Below, one piece after another: positions 10,337 through 19,386 of a stretch of 64,000 nucleotides of DNA. Position 1 is the first letter of the stretch, and each line of letters starts with the position of its first letter. Position numbers and translations under genes: made by a program. The notes under the pieces were generated by a model. That model searched no databases, had not been told where the DNA came from, and was given only the letters and a program-made list of their open reading frames with translations. Origin of the DNA: a virus; IMG/VR virus record IMGVR_UViG_3300042691_020140, positions 12,100-76,099 of that record; one strand, given 5' to 3'.

Positions 10337-11092
10337 TTATCTCCTAATTCTCAGTCCACCTAACGGTCGTCTACTGTACAGAAGACTATCGTCTATTCCA
10401 GCTTTTATAGGTATTTTTACTGTGCTGAAAGATCCTATTCTGGAAGTAAACTTACTAACTACTGGTTCGCTTGGGAAAACTACCTGCTTACTCATATACG
10501 AGGGAACAAGCGTTTTTTGGTTTTTTGAGTATGCTAAAGTAAATTTAGCTACTGCTTGTTGTAATCTAGCGGTAACTTCCTTACGGTAATCGTTAACTCT
10601 ACCGATAGGCGGTGATTTATCTGGGTTAAACCTGTCACTAAGCATTGCATCAGCAGCAAGAAGAATACCTACTCTTAAGTAACCTACTCCTTTTATTCGT
10701 GAGCCCGGTTTTCCTGCATATTCTTTTTTTCTTTTAGGATTTGGTCTGTACGGGGCTTTCCATAGGGGGTTTTCTTCTTTGTAACCAAATTCTTGTACAA
10801 TTGCTTTAGGTGAGTCATTTTCTACATTAACTACAAGACCGTCTTCATCATAATAACTTTCTATGGATTGTTTAAGAGTCGTTCCCCGATAATCATACCC
10901 AGCAGGACTATTAAGACCACGGTCTCCATAGTTAAAAGGGGCAATAGTAATAATAGCTTTACTTGCACGAGACCCGAATTTTTTTACAATATTATCAACG
11001 CCTTTAAAGTATTGGTCAATATAAAATTTAGGATTTATTGTACCCTTTGTTATTGCTATTTCTAATTTGGGAGGTATATAACGTACAGCCAT
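10337..11092 (-). CDS. Neck protein (HK97 gp10-like)
   Basis: Basic, TLKQSI...QEFG motif, position. Confidence 0.5.
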   Translation of the reverse strand: MAVRYIPPKLEIAITKGTINPKFYIDQYFKGVDNIVKKFGSRASKAIITIAPFNYGDRGLNSPAGYDYRGTTLKQSIESYYDEDGLVVNVENDSPKAIVQEFGYKEENPLWKAPYRPNPKRKKEYAGKPGSRIKGVGYLRVGILLAADAMLSDRFNPDKSPPIGRVNDYRKEVTARLQQAVAKFTLAYSKNQKTLVPSYMSKQVVFPSEPVVSKFTSRIGSFSTVKIPIKAGIDDSLLYSRRPLGGLRIRR

Positions 11093-11473
11093 TTAATCAA
11101 GTTCCTCCACAAAAATAATTTGGGCCCCCATCATCTCGTGCTTAATGGGTACATACTTAATGTCGTATTGCTTTCCGTTATAAATAATTCTATCTCTAAT
11201 AGTAACAGTTAAACTGTAAGGAATCTGTATTCTATAAAGTTGTCTAGTTGACGATTGTTGTAGTGCTCTAAACTGAGCAGCTACTGAGGAGGTAACGTCT
11301 CCAGAACGATTAATAATACGGCACATTATATTTTCAGGAGGTGCGTAGCTTTGTACTATACCACCATCTTCTGTAGTTGTACCTAAAAATCTTCTTAGTT
11401 GTGCGGGGCTTTTTAAAAACTCTTCGGCTTTCTGACGTATAAGTAGTACGTCGTTTAAATTAACTATTGTCAT
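11093..11473 (-). CDS. Head closure / head-tail joining protein
   Basis: 126 aa, DRIIYNGKQYDI motif typical of head-closure proteins. Confidence 0.6.
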   Translation of the reverse strand: MTIVNLNDVLLIRQKAEEFLKSPAQLRRFLGTTTEDGGIVQSYAPPENIMCRIINRSGDVTSSVAAQFRALQQSSTRQLYRIQIPYSLTVTIRDRIIYNGKQYDIKYVPIKHEMMGAQIIFVEELD

Positions 11474-11966
11474 TTAATTGTTTAATGCGGTCTTCGAGTA
11501 ACTGTACTCGTTTAACTGACTTGTTCAAATCAACTGCAAGTTGCTTCAACCGCACAAGAGTGAATGAGCTTGAGAGTTTAGTAACCTCAGATGCAAAGTC
11601 ATCATTACTGCGGATTGACAAGATTTGTACAAGTTGGTCATCACTCATTGTGTTAGTCTCATCAACTGACTCACCTGCACCAGTGTAAACTTTGAGCAAA
11701 CCTCTTTCAATAAGACGTTTATTCAAACGAACAAAAGCGTCGGCTTCGTATTGCGAGTAAAGCTCGATTACCTCATCCTCATAGTTGAACTTCAGCTCTT
11801 TGTTTACCGTGTCGTAATTATCAGGGTCTGTGGCTAAAATCCAGCTGACTGTATTTTTATGGTCGTAAGGATCAATTCTGTTTCCTGATACCATATGCAC
11901 AGGTACTTTAGCGTATCTGCGGAAAACTTTATCTGATAGTTCGTGGTAAATGTTTTGTTTAGACAT
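11460..11966 (-). CDS. Hypothetical virion-module protein
   Basis: 168 aa ORF directly after capsid gene. Confidence 0.55.
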   Translation of the reverse strand: MSKQNIYHELSDKVFRRYAKVPVHMVSGNRIDPYDHKNTVSWILATDPDNYDTVNKELKFNYEDEVIELYSQYEADAFVRLNKRLIERGLLKVYTGAGESVDETNTMSDDQLVQILSIRSNDDFASEVTKLSSSFTLVRLKQLAVDLNKSVKRVQLLEDRIKQLNDNS

Positions 11967-12011
11967 AATCCTCTAAGGGGGAATTTCTTCCCCCATCCTT
12001 TCTATAGTTTA

Positions 12012-12965
12012 TTAGGCAGTGAGCTTAATCACGCCGAGGTTCTCAGCAGCATCAACAACCATACCGTACTGCATCCAAGCATTGAGAACATAGTCAGCCG
12101 GTTGCATCGTCATATCAGTGTAATCCTGATACTCAACACCACCATACATCATAATCTCACCAGCGTTAGCACCGACAACAAGAATCTTGTCATCAGGAAT
12201 CAAACGCTGTCTCATCTGTGGAAGTTGGTTAGCGAACACCTGTGGCAACTCAACAAGGGTAATACCCTTATAGGCTGAAACTCTGTTGGTGTTCAAGTAC
12301 TCAAGCAACTTAGGAGTTACTGGGTAGGCCAAGTTGTTAATCGTGTTGTCCATGTATTGATACTCACGCCAACCAGCGAACTGGTAAATTGGCATAAGTG
12401 CTCTACGGGTACCGATAATCGCTCTGACCTGACCAGCGTAATCGAGAACGTTCTCAATCATCGTGTCCAAAGTCGTATAGGTGAGCGAAGCAGTCTCGAC
12501 GTAGTTCGATGGGGTATCAGTGTTGTTCCAAACTGACGAAAGGAGATTGAAGACCTTAGTGACCAAGTTGTCGGTCAAGTCGAGCTGCATTTGCTGACGC
12601 ATACGCTCCACACTGGTCAAATCGCCGTTACGTAGATTCCACGTTGACTCACGAGCACCGGTAATAAGCCGGTCGAACATGTACGTGTGGAAGTCCTGTA
12701 CGTCGGTTGGTTGGCTAACCAAGTGGTTAGTGCCCGGAACCATGCTTTGAACGCCATAACGTCCACGACGTACACGCTTGATGATAGTGTCACCAAGAGT
12801 AGCCTGTCGTACAGGCATAAAAGTTGAGAAGAGGTCAAGTGTCAGATGGTTTGGCTCAACCAACTGAATGATAATCTCGGCAAAGGCAGACTTACCATTA
12901 GGACCCTGACCTGCGGTCTTAGCGGCCTCCGCCAAAGCACGCATAATTTCTTGCTTATTTTCCAT
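12012..12965 (-). CDS. Major capsid protein
   Basis: About 317 aa from ATG 12965; codon usage looks high-expression; position after protease/decoration genes. Confidence 0.75.
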   Translation of the reverse strand: MENKQEIMRALAEAAKTAGQGPNGKSAFAEIIIQLVEPNHLTLDLFSTFMPVRQATLGDTIIKRVRRGRYGVQSMVPGTNHLVSQPTDVQDFHTYMFDRLITGARESTWNLRNGDLTSVERMRQQMQLDLTDNLVTKVFNLLSSVWNNTDTPSNYVETASLTYTTLDTMIENVLDYAGQVRAIIGTRRALMPIYQFAGWREYQYMDNTINNLAYPVTPKLLEYLNTNRVSAYKGITLVELPQVFANQLPQMRQRLIPDDKILVVGANAGEIMMYGGVEYQDYTDMTMQPADYVLNAWMQYGMVVDAAENLGVIKLTA

Positions 12966-12986
12966 TATTTTTTCTATTTTCTCCAA

Positions 12987-13514
12987 TTAGTAAAGAATGA
13001 TATAAAGGGTTTCGGTCAGAGCGTCGTATCTATCAATTTCACCAACAGCATTAGCTGAAGCGGTGTACTCGAACATACCACTGGCGGCAACCTTAATCTT
13101 ATTTCCGGGAATCTTAATGTTAGCACTATCTACAAAACAACCAGTCGTAATACCAATCTTACCCCAGTGAAGACCAATTAACTCACCACTAAAGGCAGAT
13201 GGCTCTTTCCATTGTGAGCGTGGGACAAGGTACTGAGTCTGAGTAAGCGTTGGATTACCGTAGATGCTTGCATCATTAATGTTGTACTGCTGTAAGAATG
13301 GAGCAGTGTACATATCGGCAATCGTCGGTCTTGGAAAATTGTCGGGTGGAAAGAAAGCCACGTAAACACCTTGAGTGGTGTTAGCGGCGGCGTAGGTCAC
13401 ATTGGGCAAGTCGTATCGAACACCCGAGGCACCTACAACAACAGCACGACCCTCGACGATAGTCGTAGCCGCCACGCCCTGACGAGAGCGCATTGAAGTA
13501 ACAAGTACAGCCAT
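12987..13514 (-). CDS. Capsid decoration/cement-like protein (copy 1)
   Basis: 175 aa upstream of capsid; paralogous to 13557-14093. Confidence 0.55.
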   Translation of the reverse strand: MAVLVTSMRSRQGVAATTIVEGRAVVVGASGVRYDLPNVTYAAANTTQGVYVAFFPPDNFPRPTIADMYTAPFLQQYNINDASIYGNPTLTQTQYLVPRSQWKEPSAFSGELIGLHWGKIGITTGCFVDSANIKIPGNKIKVAASGMFEYTASANAVGEIDRYDALTETLYIILY

Positions 13515-13556
13515 GTTTTATTTTTACCTCTTTGATTTTAGACTTCCGTCTAATTT

Positions 13557-14093
13557 TTAAAATACATTTATAAACAGCATCCCAGTAGAGTGAATGTAAT
13601 CAATCGTCTCTGCTACTGCAGTGGGATGGTTTTTGTCTACATTTAGAAATCTTCCATTGTTTGAAACAGCTAAGCTAGTACCGTGCTGAATTATCTGTGA
13701 TGTATGTTGATAACATTCTTCAGTTATTCCTATGATACCTTTGTATAAAGCTAATTTTTCATATCTATTAATAGTAGGAGCTTTCATTGTTGAATGTTTC
13801 ACTAACCAATACTCTTCAGAAAATATAGGATTATCATAAATAGCTGCATCTTCTAGATTATATATTGCTTTATATGTAGCTGTGTACAAATCTCTGGGTG
13901 TTGGTAGGGGAAAGTTATCTGGTGGATGTAAAGCTACCCAAACTTTTTTTGTGTTGTTGTTACTAGGGTATTCTACACTAGGTAAATCATCTACAAATTG
14001 GTTTACTTCAAAAATAACTGCCCTACCTTCAACCACATTATGTTTACCCGCAACCGCTTGAATACTGTAGCGAGGGTTTACAACTACAGCCAC
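13557..14093 (-). CDS. Capsid decoration/cement-like protein (copy 2)
   Basis: Shares VEGRAV and PPDNFPxPT..D.YTA with 12987-13514. Confidence 0.5.
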   Translation of the reverse strand: MAVVVNPRYSIQAVAGKHNVVEGRAVIFEVNQFVDDLPSVEYPSNNNTKKVWVALHPPDNFPLPTPRDLYTATYKAIYNLEDAAIYDNPIFSEEYWLVKHSTMKAPTINRYEKLALYKGIIGITEECYQHTSQIIQHGTSLAVSNNGRFLNVDKNHPTAVAETIDYIHSTGMLFINVF

Positions 14094-14311
14094 CTAGAGC
14101 GATTTTCCTTAAAAAGTTGTTTAACTTTTTGTGCGAGTTCTTTAGCTTCAGCAGTTGCTTCGGAAAAAAGTTGTTCTCCAATGGTCAATCCCATCCAGTA
14201 AGCTTGGGCCTCCTCAGGAGTCTCGAAACACTGCATAGGTTCCGTATCTCCCTCTCGGTAAACACAGTAGTTGTGAACTCTATTTCCACCCTCTTTGTAT
14301 TCAAACGGCAT
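14084..14311 (-). CDS. Hypothetical protein
   Basis: 75 aa, tightly packed in operon. Confidence 0.55.
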   Translation of the reverse strand: MPFEYKEGGNRVHNYCVYREGDTEPMQCFETPEEAQAYWMGLTIGEQLFSEATAEAKELAQKVKQLFKENRSRWL

Positions 14312-14316
14312 AGTTA

Positions 14317-15534
14317 TTAACCCTTCTTGATTTTCTTAATTGCGTCCACTAATTTAGCCACGTCACTTACGTTACTTTGTGGGACTCTGGGTTCTGGAAT
14401 AACAGGGTCATCTTGATTCTTTGAGGCTTGAGTTCTCTTTGAAGCAAAATCTTTGATAACATACTCAAGTGACTCTTCGTCAAGCTTAGCGTAAAACTCT
14501 ACCTTTTCCTCGGCTTCTGACTGATTAAAACCAGCCTGAATAAGACGGTTGATTACATTCTGCCGCTTTTCGGCTTCGACCCGCTTTGCTTCGGCTTCTT
14601 TGTAGGTTTCATTTTCTTTCCGTACTGCATCAAGTTCTGACTCCTTTTCTGTGAGGGATGCTTTAAGCATCTCAATTTCTTTTTGTAATTCTTCCATTTT
14701 TTGTTTTTCTGCAACCTTTAGTAATTTAGTTCGGTTTCCATAAGCTGGTGTATCTACGATACAAGTACCAGCAAAAGTGACATTCCTCAGCCAGTTTACT
14801 CCATCGACCTCATCGGCTTGTGTGTAATAAACTTCCCAAGAAGTGCCAATGTACTCACGCTCCTCAGCGACTGACTTAAGGAGTTTGTATACATCTGAAA
14901 ATTCGTCTCCCCAAATCATAGCCTCTGCTTTAATTACGTCTCGTCCCTCATGAACATCCTCGTAAACAGATGTAATCGGTCCGATAGGTACTGCATTAGC
15001 ATGACCACCGTAGGATGACTCTGACATTGCAATTTTAATAGGCATATTAAGCGCAGTCTTGATAATGTTCTGCTTTTCCTCTAAAGGAATACCCTCATTG
15101 TTTGCATTTGGTTCAAAGTCGGTTAAGATAAGTTCTATCTTTCTAAGTAACGGATTGTTTACGTCAGTCTCTGCTAACTTTAACTTTCCGGGGAGAGTGG
15201 CTGAAGTTGATTTTTTATCTGCGCTATCCATTTGCCTCACTAAGCTAGAGAACCATGCTTTACCAGCACCGCCACCCCAGAGTAACCAACTCACCCAAGC
15301 AGGTGAGTCCTTAGGGGCATTTGCAAAACGAGCATTGCGCCCGAAGAATCTGTTACCCATTCGTGCACGTTCTGGTGAAACGTTGTCTCCGCTGACATAT
15401 TTTCTAGCCCAAGCAACGGTAGCTGGCTCTAGACCGCTACCGCTTAGACCTTTCTCATGAAGTTCAAGACCTCTCCGTGCAGCACTTTTAACGCCGTCTG
15501 GAGGGCTGAAGTTAATATTTGAATACTTAGACAA
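14317..15534 (-). CDS. Prohead protease-scaffold fusion with extra N-terminal domain
   Basis: Central PNAN...H...PIG...GTSWE...FAGTCIVDTPAY protease-like motifs; C-terminal coiled coil. Confidence 0.7.
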   Translation of the reverse strand: MSKYSNINFSPPDGVKSAARRGLELHEKGLSGSGLEPATVAWARKYVSGDNVSPERARMGNRFFGRNARFANAPKDSPAWVSWLLWGGGAGKAWFSSLVRQMDSADKKSTSATLPGKLKLAETDVNNPLLRKIELILTDFEPNANNEGIPLEEKQNIIKTALNMPIKIAMSESSYGGHANAVPIGPITSVYEDVHEGRDVIKAEAMIWGDEFSDVYKLLKSVAEEREYIGTSWEVYYTQADEVDGVNWLRNVTFAGTCIVDTPAYGNRTKLLKVAEKQKMEELQKEIEMLKASLTEKESELDAVRKENETYKEAEAKRVEAEKRQNVINRLIQAGFNQSEAEEKVEFYAKLDEESLEYVIKDFASKRTQASKNQDDPVIPEPRVPQSNVSDVAKLVDAIKKIKKG

Positions 15535-16084
15535 GGTAGGTTTCCTCTTCTTCTTCGTCTGGTTCTTCCATTTGGTTGAGTCCTAAATACTCTTCCTCAA
15601 TTATCCATAGCTTACATGCAGCGTCCTCTTCAATGTCACCACTGACAATAGCACATGCGCCGGAATCTTCAGCGAAGAAAACACAATTTTTACAGGCGAT
15701 CCCCTCAGATGCAAAGACATTTTTCTCTGCTGGTATGTAGTGTGCACCGTTAGCACCTACGCCTTTATCAAACATACCCATATACTCGACTGAGGTAATA
15801 TAGGAACTAATAAGAAACTGTTGTCTATCATTAAGTTCTTCATCCTCAGCAAGTGATTTAATACCCCTAAGTTCTGTAAGCTTGTGACCTACAAAAACAT
15901 CGGTGGCTTCGTAATTTCCATCTGAATCTTTTCTGTATACTTGAATACGAGCAGCAGGTTCATCTGGAGTTCCGGTGACTTTAGCGTCAATACCGGGGAC
16001 TGTACCATTTCTAACGATACGTACAATCTTACCTCTGGCAGTACCGCCTGAAGAGTCCCATTCAACAAATTGACCTGATTTCAT
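15527..16084 (-). CDS. Two-domain protein: N-terminal Tudor/DUF2945-like domain plus C-terminal HiPIP-like 4-Cys domain
   Basis: GQFVEWDSSGGTARGKI; CKNCVFF-x6-C-x12-CKLW. Confidence 0.5.
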   Translation of the reverse strand: MKSGQFVEWDSSGGTARGKIVRIVRNGTVPGIDAKVTGTPDEPAARIQVYRKDSDGNYEATDVFVGHKLTELRGIKSLAEDEELNDRQQFLISSYITSVEYMGMFDKGVGANGAHYIPAEKNVFASEGIACKNCVFFAEDSGACAIVSGDIEEDAACKLWIIEEEYLGLNQMEEPDEEEEETYLV

Positions 16085-16870
16085 TTAAGCTCCCTTACTA
16101 GCGTATATTTCAAAAGAACCGGTTACAGGTTGGGTCGGGCTAATAGCTATAAAAATACCTGCGAGTGGGCTATCTAGTGCAGGTATGTAGCTAAAAGCAG
16201 TACCAGAAGTAGTCGGGTTATAACAAACAAATGCTCTAGTAGCGTCTTGACCGGCGATACCACTAAGTGTACCTGAGTACAACTCAAAATCAACATCAAA
16301 CTGACCAAAGTCGCCGAAGATTGAAATAGGTAAAGCATGACCTGTAGCATCAGTGTCGTTGGTTAACGTATGCTTGAAAAACACTGATACTCTTCTAAAA
16401 CCAGAGCGAGATAGTGGTATGTACACCTGCTTAGCTGTATTATTTGACGAGTAGTTAAAGAACGTCGAGTATGCAGAAACCACAGTACCGTTAAACGAAC
16501 CAGAAGAAACAACTACGTCGTGGTAATTGCTAGTTTGGGATGAGTTGAGTACAGTTACTTGACCGTCAGAAGCAGCCATAATAGCTCTTCGGTTGTTTAG
16601 TCTAATTGTACCCATTTCACCATCAACCATTTCGGTAAAATCACCGCCGGTTAAATCATTTATGTAAACACCGCCAATAGGAACTACAGTTCCTTGATAC
16701 GATGCTGATATACTAGAGTAACCAGAGAGCGATACGTTAACTGGAATTGGGTTTGCGTAATCAATTAAAGCACCAGTACTATCCGCAAAAGTAAAGGTTT
16801 GATAATATTCTGAATTAGATTCAACTGCCGCTATTGTAATCGGCGTAGAACTCGGGACTGGTATTCCCAT
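16085..16870 (-). CDS. Hypothetical virion structural protein
   Basis: 261 aa, Ser/Thr/Gly-rich, GGAGG RBS. Confidence 0.55.
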   Translation of the reverse strand: MGIPVPSSTPITIAAVESNSEYYQTFTFADSTGALIDYANPIPVNVSLSGYSSISASYQGTVVPIGGVYINDLTGGDFTEMVDGEMGTIRLNNRRAIMAASDGQVTVLNSSQTSNYHDVVVSSGSFNGTVVSAYSTFFNYSSNNTAKQVYIPLSRSGFRRVSVFFKHTLTNDTDATGHALPISIFGDFGQFDVDFELYSGTLSGIAGQDATRAFVCYNPTTSGTAFSYIPALDSPLAGIFIAISPTQPVTGSFEIYASKGA

Positions 16871-16911
16871 AGGACCTCCTTAACATAAAATATGTCCTCT
16901 ATTATTATATA

Positions 16912-17280
16912 CTATTTTTGTGTCAGAATTCTTCTTACGGTTTCTCTAGATATAATTATGTCGCTCTTTTTACACATTTCTTCTATTTCCCTGATTGAAA
17001 TCTGGGGAAAGTCTCTCTTTATGTTTTTAATTAACTCGATTACAACTAACGATACTTTAGGTCTACCTTTGTTTCTATTTCTGTAATAGTTACTGTTAGC
17101 GGATTGGTCGTATATAGAAAATCTTTCCCTATAATCAATTTGACGCTGTTGTTTCATAAGCGCAGTTAACTCTACAAACCACGGTTCTTTCTCTACACCA
17201 TTATAGATAATTTCACAATCTTTACAAAATATAGAATTGCTGCTAGAGTAATTATCACAGACAGCGCACAATTTATTCAT
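16912..17280 (-). CDS. Zn-finger plus HTH putative transcription regulator
   Basis: CxxC...CxxC at N-terminus; GRPK and ISRETVRRIL HTH-like C-terminus; heads the late operon. Confidence 0.55.
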   Translation of the reverse strand: MNKLCAVCDNYSSSNSIFCKDCEIIYNGVEKEPWFVELTALMKQQRQIDYRERFSIYDQSANSNYYRNRNKGRPKVSLVVIELIKNIKRDFPQISIREIEEMCKKSDIIISRETVRRILTQK

Positions 17281-17355
17281 GTCTTCCTCCTGACAACTTA
17301 ATGGGTATATTAATACCCAGTAATATTTTAGCAGATTGAGCTAAAAATAGCAAAT

Positions 17356-17384
17356 TTGACAAGAACTAAATTATGTGTTATATT
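17356..17384 (+). promoter_or_regulatory. Sigma70-type promoter
   Basis: TTGACA-17-TATATT with TG extension. Confidence 0.6.
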
Positions 17385-17480
17385 TGGGGGGTAAGGGGGG
17401 CTAGGCCCCAAGTACCATATAATTAATATATTTGATTATTTATAATAACTATGATATAATTAATTATATTAAGGAGTTAT

Positions 17481-18416
17481 ATGAGAGTTTTAAGTTTATT
17501 TAGCGGTATTGGTGGTTTTGATTTAGGACTTATGCGCTCTGGTATGGAAATTGTAGCTACTTGCGAAATTGACAAACATTGTCAAAAAGTACTCAAGACT
17601 CAGTTTCCTAATGTACCCATTTATTCTGACGTTAAGGAGATTAAATTTGAACGACACTCAGTTGACCTTGTTTGTGGAGGATTCCCTTGCCAAGACCTCT
17701 CAGTCGCTGGAAGACGACGTGGGCTTGATGGAGAACGCTCTGGCCTCTGGTTTGAGTATCAGCGAATTATCGACGAAATTGAGCCTAAGTGGGTCATCAT
17801 CGAAAACGTTCCGGGTCTACTCTATTCCGCCAAAGGAGAAGACTTTACCGTCATCATTCGCTGGTTGGCAGACAGGGGGTATGGCGTGGGCTGGAGAGTG
17901 CTTGACAGTCAAGGTTTTGGACTTGCCCAAAGACGCAAGAGAGTCTTCATTGTCGCAAGTTTTGGAAGTCCAAGCGGATGCACGTTACTTCTTGAGCCCG
18001 AAAGCCTGCGCCGGGATTCTCTACCGAGCAAAGAAGAAGGGGAAGAACATCCCAGAACCATTGCGAAGTGCCTTAGCACGCACGGCTGGAGAAACGACGC
18101 TTCAGTAGAAACCTATGTAGAGTATGTACTGTGGGAAGCTTCTCATGGTTACGATCCGGCTAGAGTAAGTCCTGACCCTGAGTTAGTTCCTACTTTATCA
18201 GCTAAAATGGGCACTGGTGGTAACAATGTTCCGCTAGTTGGCTTACGTAGGCTAACCCCAGTCGAGTGTGAGAGGTTGCAGGGATTTCCCGACAACTGGA
18301 CAGCCGGTAATTCTGACACACAGCGTTATAAACAATTAGGTAATGCTGTTTCAGTTCCGGTTATTGAATGGATAGGTAATAAAATTATGGGAGTATCGAA
18401 TGGACAACAAGGCTAA
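17481..18416 (+). CDS. dcm: DNA (cytosine-5) methyltransferase
   Basis: FSGIGG, GFPCQD, ENV, QRRKRVF, RRLTPVECERLQGFPD, YKQLGNAV motifs. Confidence 0.95.
   Translation: MRVLSLFSGIGGFDLGLMRSGMEIVATCEIDKHCQKVLKTQFPNVPIYSDVKEIKFERHSVDLVCGGFPCQDLSVAGRRRGLDGERSGLWFEYQRIIDEIEPKWVIIENVPGLLYSAKGEDFTVIIRWLADRGYGVGWRVLDSQGFGLAQRRKRVFIVASFGSPSGCTLLLEPESLRRDSLPSKEEGEEHPRTIAKCLSTHGWRNDASVETYVEYVLWEASHGYDPARVSPDPELVPTLSAKMGTGGNNVPLVGLRRLTPVECERLQGFPDNWTAGNSDTQRYKQLGNAVSVPVIEWIGNKIMGVSNGQQG
17569..18108 (+). CDS. Out-of-frame ORF nested in the methyltransferase gene (possible second subunit); start uncertain
   Basis: SSLSQVLE...RYFLSPKACAGILYRA resembles a C5-MTase variable-region segment. Confidence 0.45.
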   Translation: MTNIVKKYSRLSFLMYPFILTLRRLNLNDTQLTLFVEDSLAKTSQSLEDDVGLMENALASGLSISELSTKLSLSGSSSKTFRVYSIPPKEKTLPSSFAGWQTGGMAWAGECLTVKVLDLPKDARESSLSQVLEVQADARYFLSPKACAGILYRAKKKGKNIPEPLRSALARTAGETTLQ

Positions 18417-18726
18417 TGGGTACGTTAAGTACCCTGAACAGACAAAGGAGTTGGAGGAGATTCTTGAGACTATGCGGCACATTCTTATTGTTAAGAATCA
18501 AGATTACTCTCCGTGGAACATGCTGGGAACTGGTGATATTGGTTCTGTAGTACGTATTTGGGATAAGACAGCCCGTCTTATGAACCTTTATGGTTTTGAT
18601 ATTGCTACAGGGACGTTTACCGGTAAGAGAAGTCCTAAGAACGAGAGCATTGAGGACAATTTGCTTGATTTGGCGAATTATGCTATAATTTCATTATTAC
18701 TTTTAAGGGGGAAGTGGGGAAAATGA
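18400..18726 (+). CDS. DUF1599 / nucleotide-modification-associated domain protein
   Basis: KNQDY...RIWDK.ARL...ESIEDNLLDLANYAII. Confidence 0.7.
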   Translation: MDNKANGYVKYPEQTKELEEILETMRHILIVKNQDYSPWNMLGTGDIGSVVRIWDKTARLMNLYGFDIATGTFTGKRSPKNESIEDNLLDLANYAIISLLLLRGKWGK

Positions 18727-19100
18727 CAATGGACATTAATCCAGAGACTGGTGAAGTAGCGGAAATTAACATGGACACTCTTGAGGGTTATCAAGCTTTC
18801 GTTCGTTCGACTAAGGCGTATGACCCTGAGTACCAGTTAGTTTATCCTATTCTTGGTTTGGCTAACGAGGCTGGTGAAGTTGCTGGTAAGCTCAAGAAAA
18901 TTATGCGTGACGAAAATGGGCAGTTATCACAGGAATCGTTCAAGGCTCTTGTAGCCGAGTTGGGTGATGTTTTGTGGTACGTTACAGCCACAGCCGACGA
19001 TTTGGGTATTACTATTTCGGATATTTTCTACGAGAATTATCAGAAGCTTAGCAGTCGAAAAGCCCGTGGTGTAATTAAGGGTAGTGGAGACAATCGATGA
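18723..19100 (+). CDS. MazG-like NTP pyrophosphohydrolase
   Basis: LGLANEAGEVAGKLKK...ELGDVLWY. Confidence 0.85.
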   Translation: MTMDINPETGEVAEINMDTLEGYQAFVRSTKAYDPEYQLVYPILGLANEAGEVAGKLKKIMRDENGQLSQESFKALVAELGDVLWYVTATADDLGITISDIFYENYQKLSSRKARGVIKGSGDNR

Positions 19101-19372
19101 CTGACTCCGGTTACGGCTTTAGAGCCAAATTCAGCGTAACTGAGTGGTCTTACAACGAGGACAACAAGACTTTTCGTATTAAGTTGATTGTTGCTCCTCA
19201 GGGTACTGATGAGTATGATTACATCGAGATTGTAGTTAATGACTACAATGAAAGTCACCATGACTTTGCACTACGTGTGACCACGTTAGCTTCTATAGCG
19301 TACACCGACATTCTAAAACTTCGGGAGAAGAAGCGTGTTCTCACCGATTTAACATTCTACGCTAAAATATAA
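19097..19372 (+). CDS. Hypothetical protein
   Basis: 91 aa, ATGA overlap with upstream gene. Confidence 0.6.
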   Translation: MTDSGYGFRAKFSVTEWSYNEDNKTFRIKLIVAPQGTDEYDYIEIVVNDYNESHHDFALRVTTLASIAYTDILKLREKKRVLTDLTFYAKI

Positions 19373-19386
19373 TATAAGAGGTAATA

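Noticed and set aside
1837-15460. Short plus-strand ORFs antisense to structural genes, and similar shadow ORFs opposite nrdJ, terL, DUF2828 and polA
   Set aside because: Antisense shadows of long real genes, with no RBS or recognisable motifs
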